Of a stretch of 64,000 nucleotides of DNA, positions 63,751 through 64,000 are shown in pieces; the first letter of the stretch is position 1; the number at the start of each line of letters is the position of its first letter. Below the pieces are notes generated by a model. The model was not told the DNA's origin. It was given only the letters and a program-made list of their open reading frames with translations, and searched no databases. This DNA comes from an uncultured Acidobacteriota bacterium (GTDB lineage Bacteria > Acidobacteriota > Terriglobia > Terriglobales > Acidobacteriaceae), in contig CAWAZO010000008.1 in assembly GCA_963786555.1 (NCBI GenBank), forward strand, positions 7,751 to 71,750, written 5' to 3'. A program made the position numbers and the translations under genes.

Positions 63751-64000
63751 AATGGTTCCGAAAGGTACGGGCGGGGGTGCGGCGATTTCTTGCTGGTCGC
63801 ACCACTCTTTCCGAAAGAGAGCCCGCCCGCGGCCGAGGCGTGCACATCGCGATCCGATACGGTCGCGACCAATTGCGCTCGGCCAAATTCATTTTCGAGT
63901 ACACGTCTTTCCGCAAACTGTGCGGTATTTCCAGGCGGTTGCAGAGAAACGCTGAAACGAATCTCCGCGCCAGAACCAGCCCACTCGGTAAAGCCGCCCA

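Overview
GC-rich bacterial chromosomal segment. Gene content and repeat types look Acidobacteriota-like, but that is inference only.

Contents, left to right:
- Heme genes hemH and hemY, then gyrB.
- A decaprenyl-phospho-arabinose (DPA)-type module (HAD-UbiA fusion, DprE1-like, DprE2-like) next to a GT-C membrane glycosyltransferase.
- Housekeeping genes: EcsC-like, RNase J, alpha/beta hydrolase, threonine dehydratase, UppP.
- A gene-decay zone at about 18.2-22.4 kb with a truncated stress protein, a KaiC-like remnant and a histidine-kinase remnant.
- A minus-strand operon: TolC, PhnD-like binding protein, HAMP kinase, hybrid kinase.
- A partly degraded IclR-associated catabolic patch (FAD and MFS remnants, orphan AcnX small subunit, two RraA-like genes) abutting tRNA-Cys.
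- SDR, beta-barrel OMP, M48 peptidase, PanE.
- A large Pho cluster: phoB, phoR, phoU-like, pstS, two inserted genes, pstC, pstA, pstB, phoU.
- A Cys-rich MerR regulator followed by a long structured non-coding leader.
- An Ig-repeat phosphoesterase (PLC/AcpA-type) lipoprotein, then a second GT-C paralog.
- TetR plus a tripartite RND efflux pump.
- A sigma-like gene coupled to a radical SAM enzyme with a twitch/SPASM-like tail at the right edge.

About 30 single-base frame breaks interrupt otherwise full-length genes, including essential gyrB. They fall in clustered blocks and are mostly +1. I read them mainly as sequence-quality artefacts.

I saw no CRISPR array, rRNA, transposase, integrase or phage genes. 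The candidates most worth follow-up are the DPA-type arabinose module, the Cys-rich MerR with its leader, and the radical SAM/sigma-like pair.
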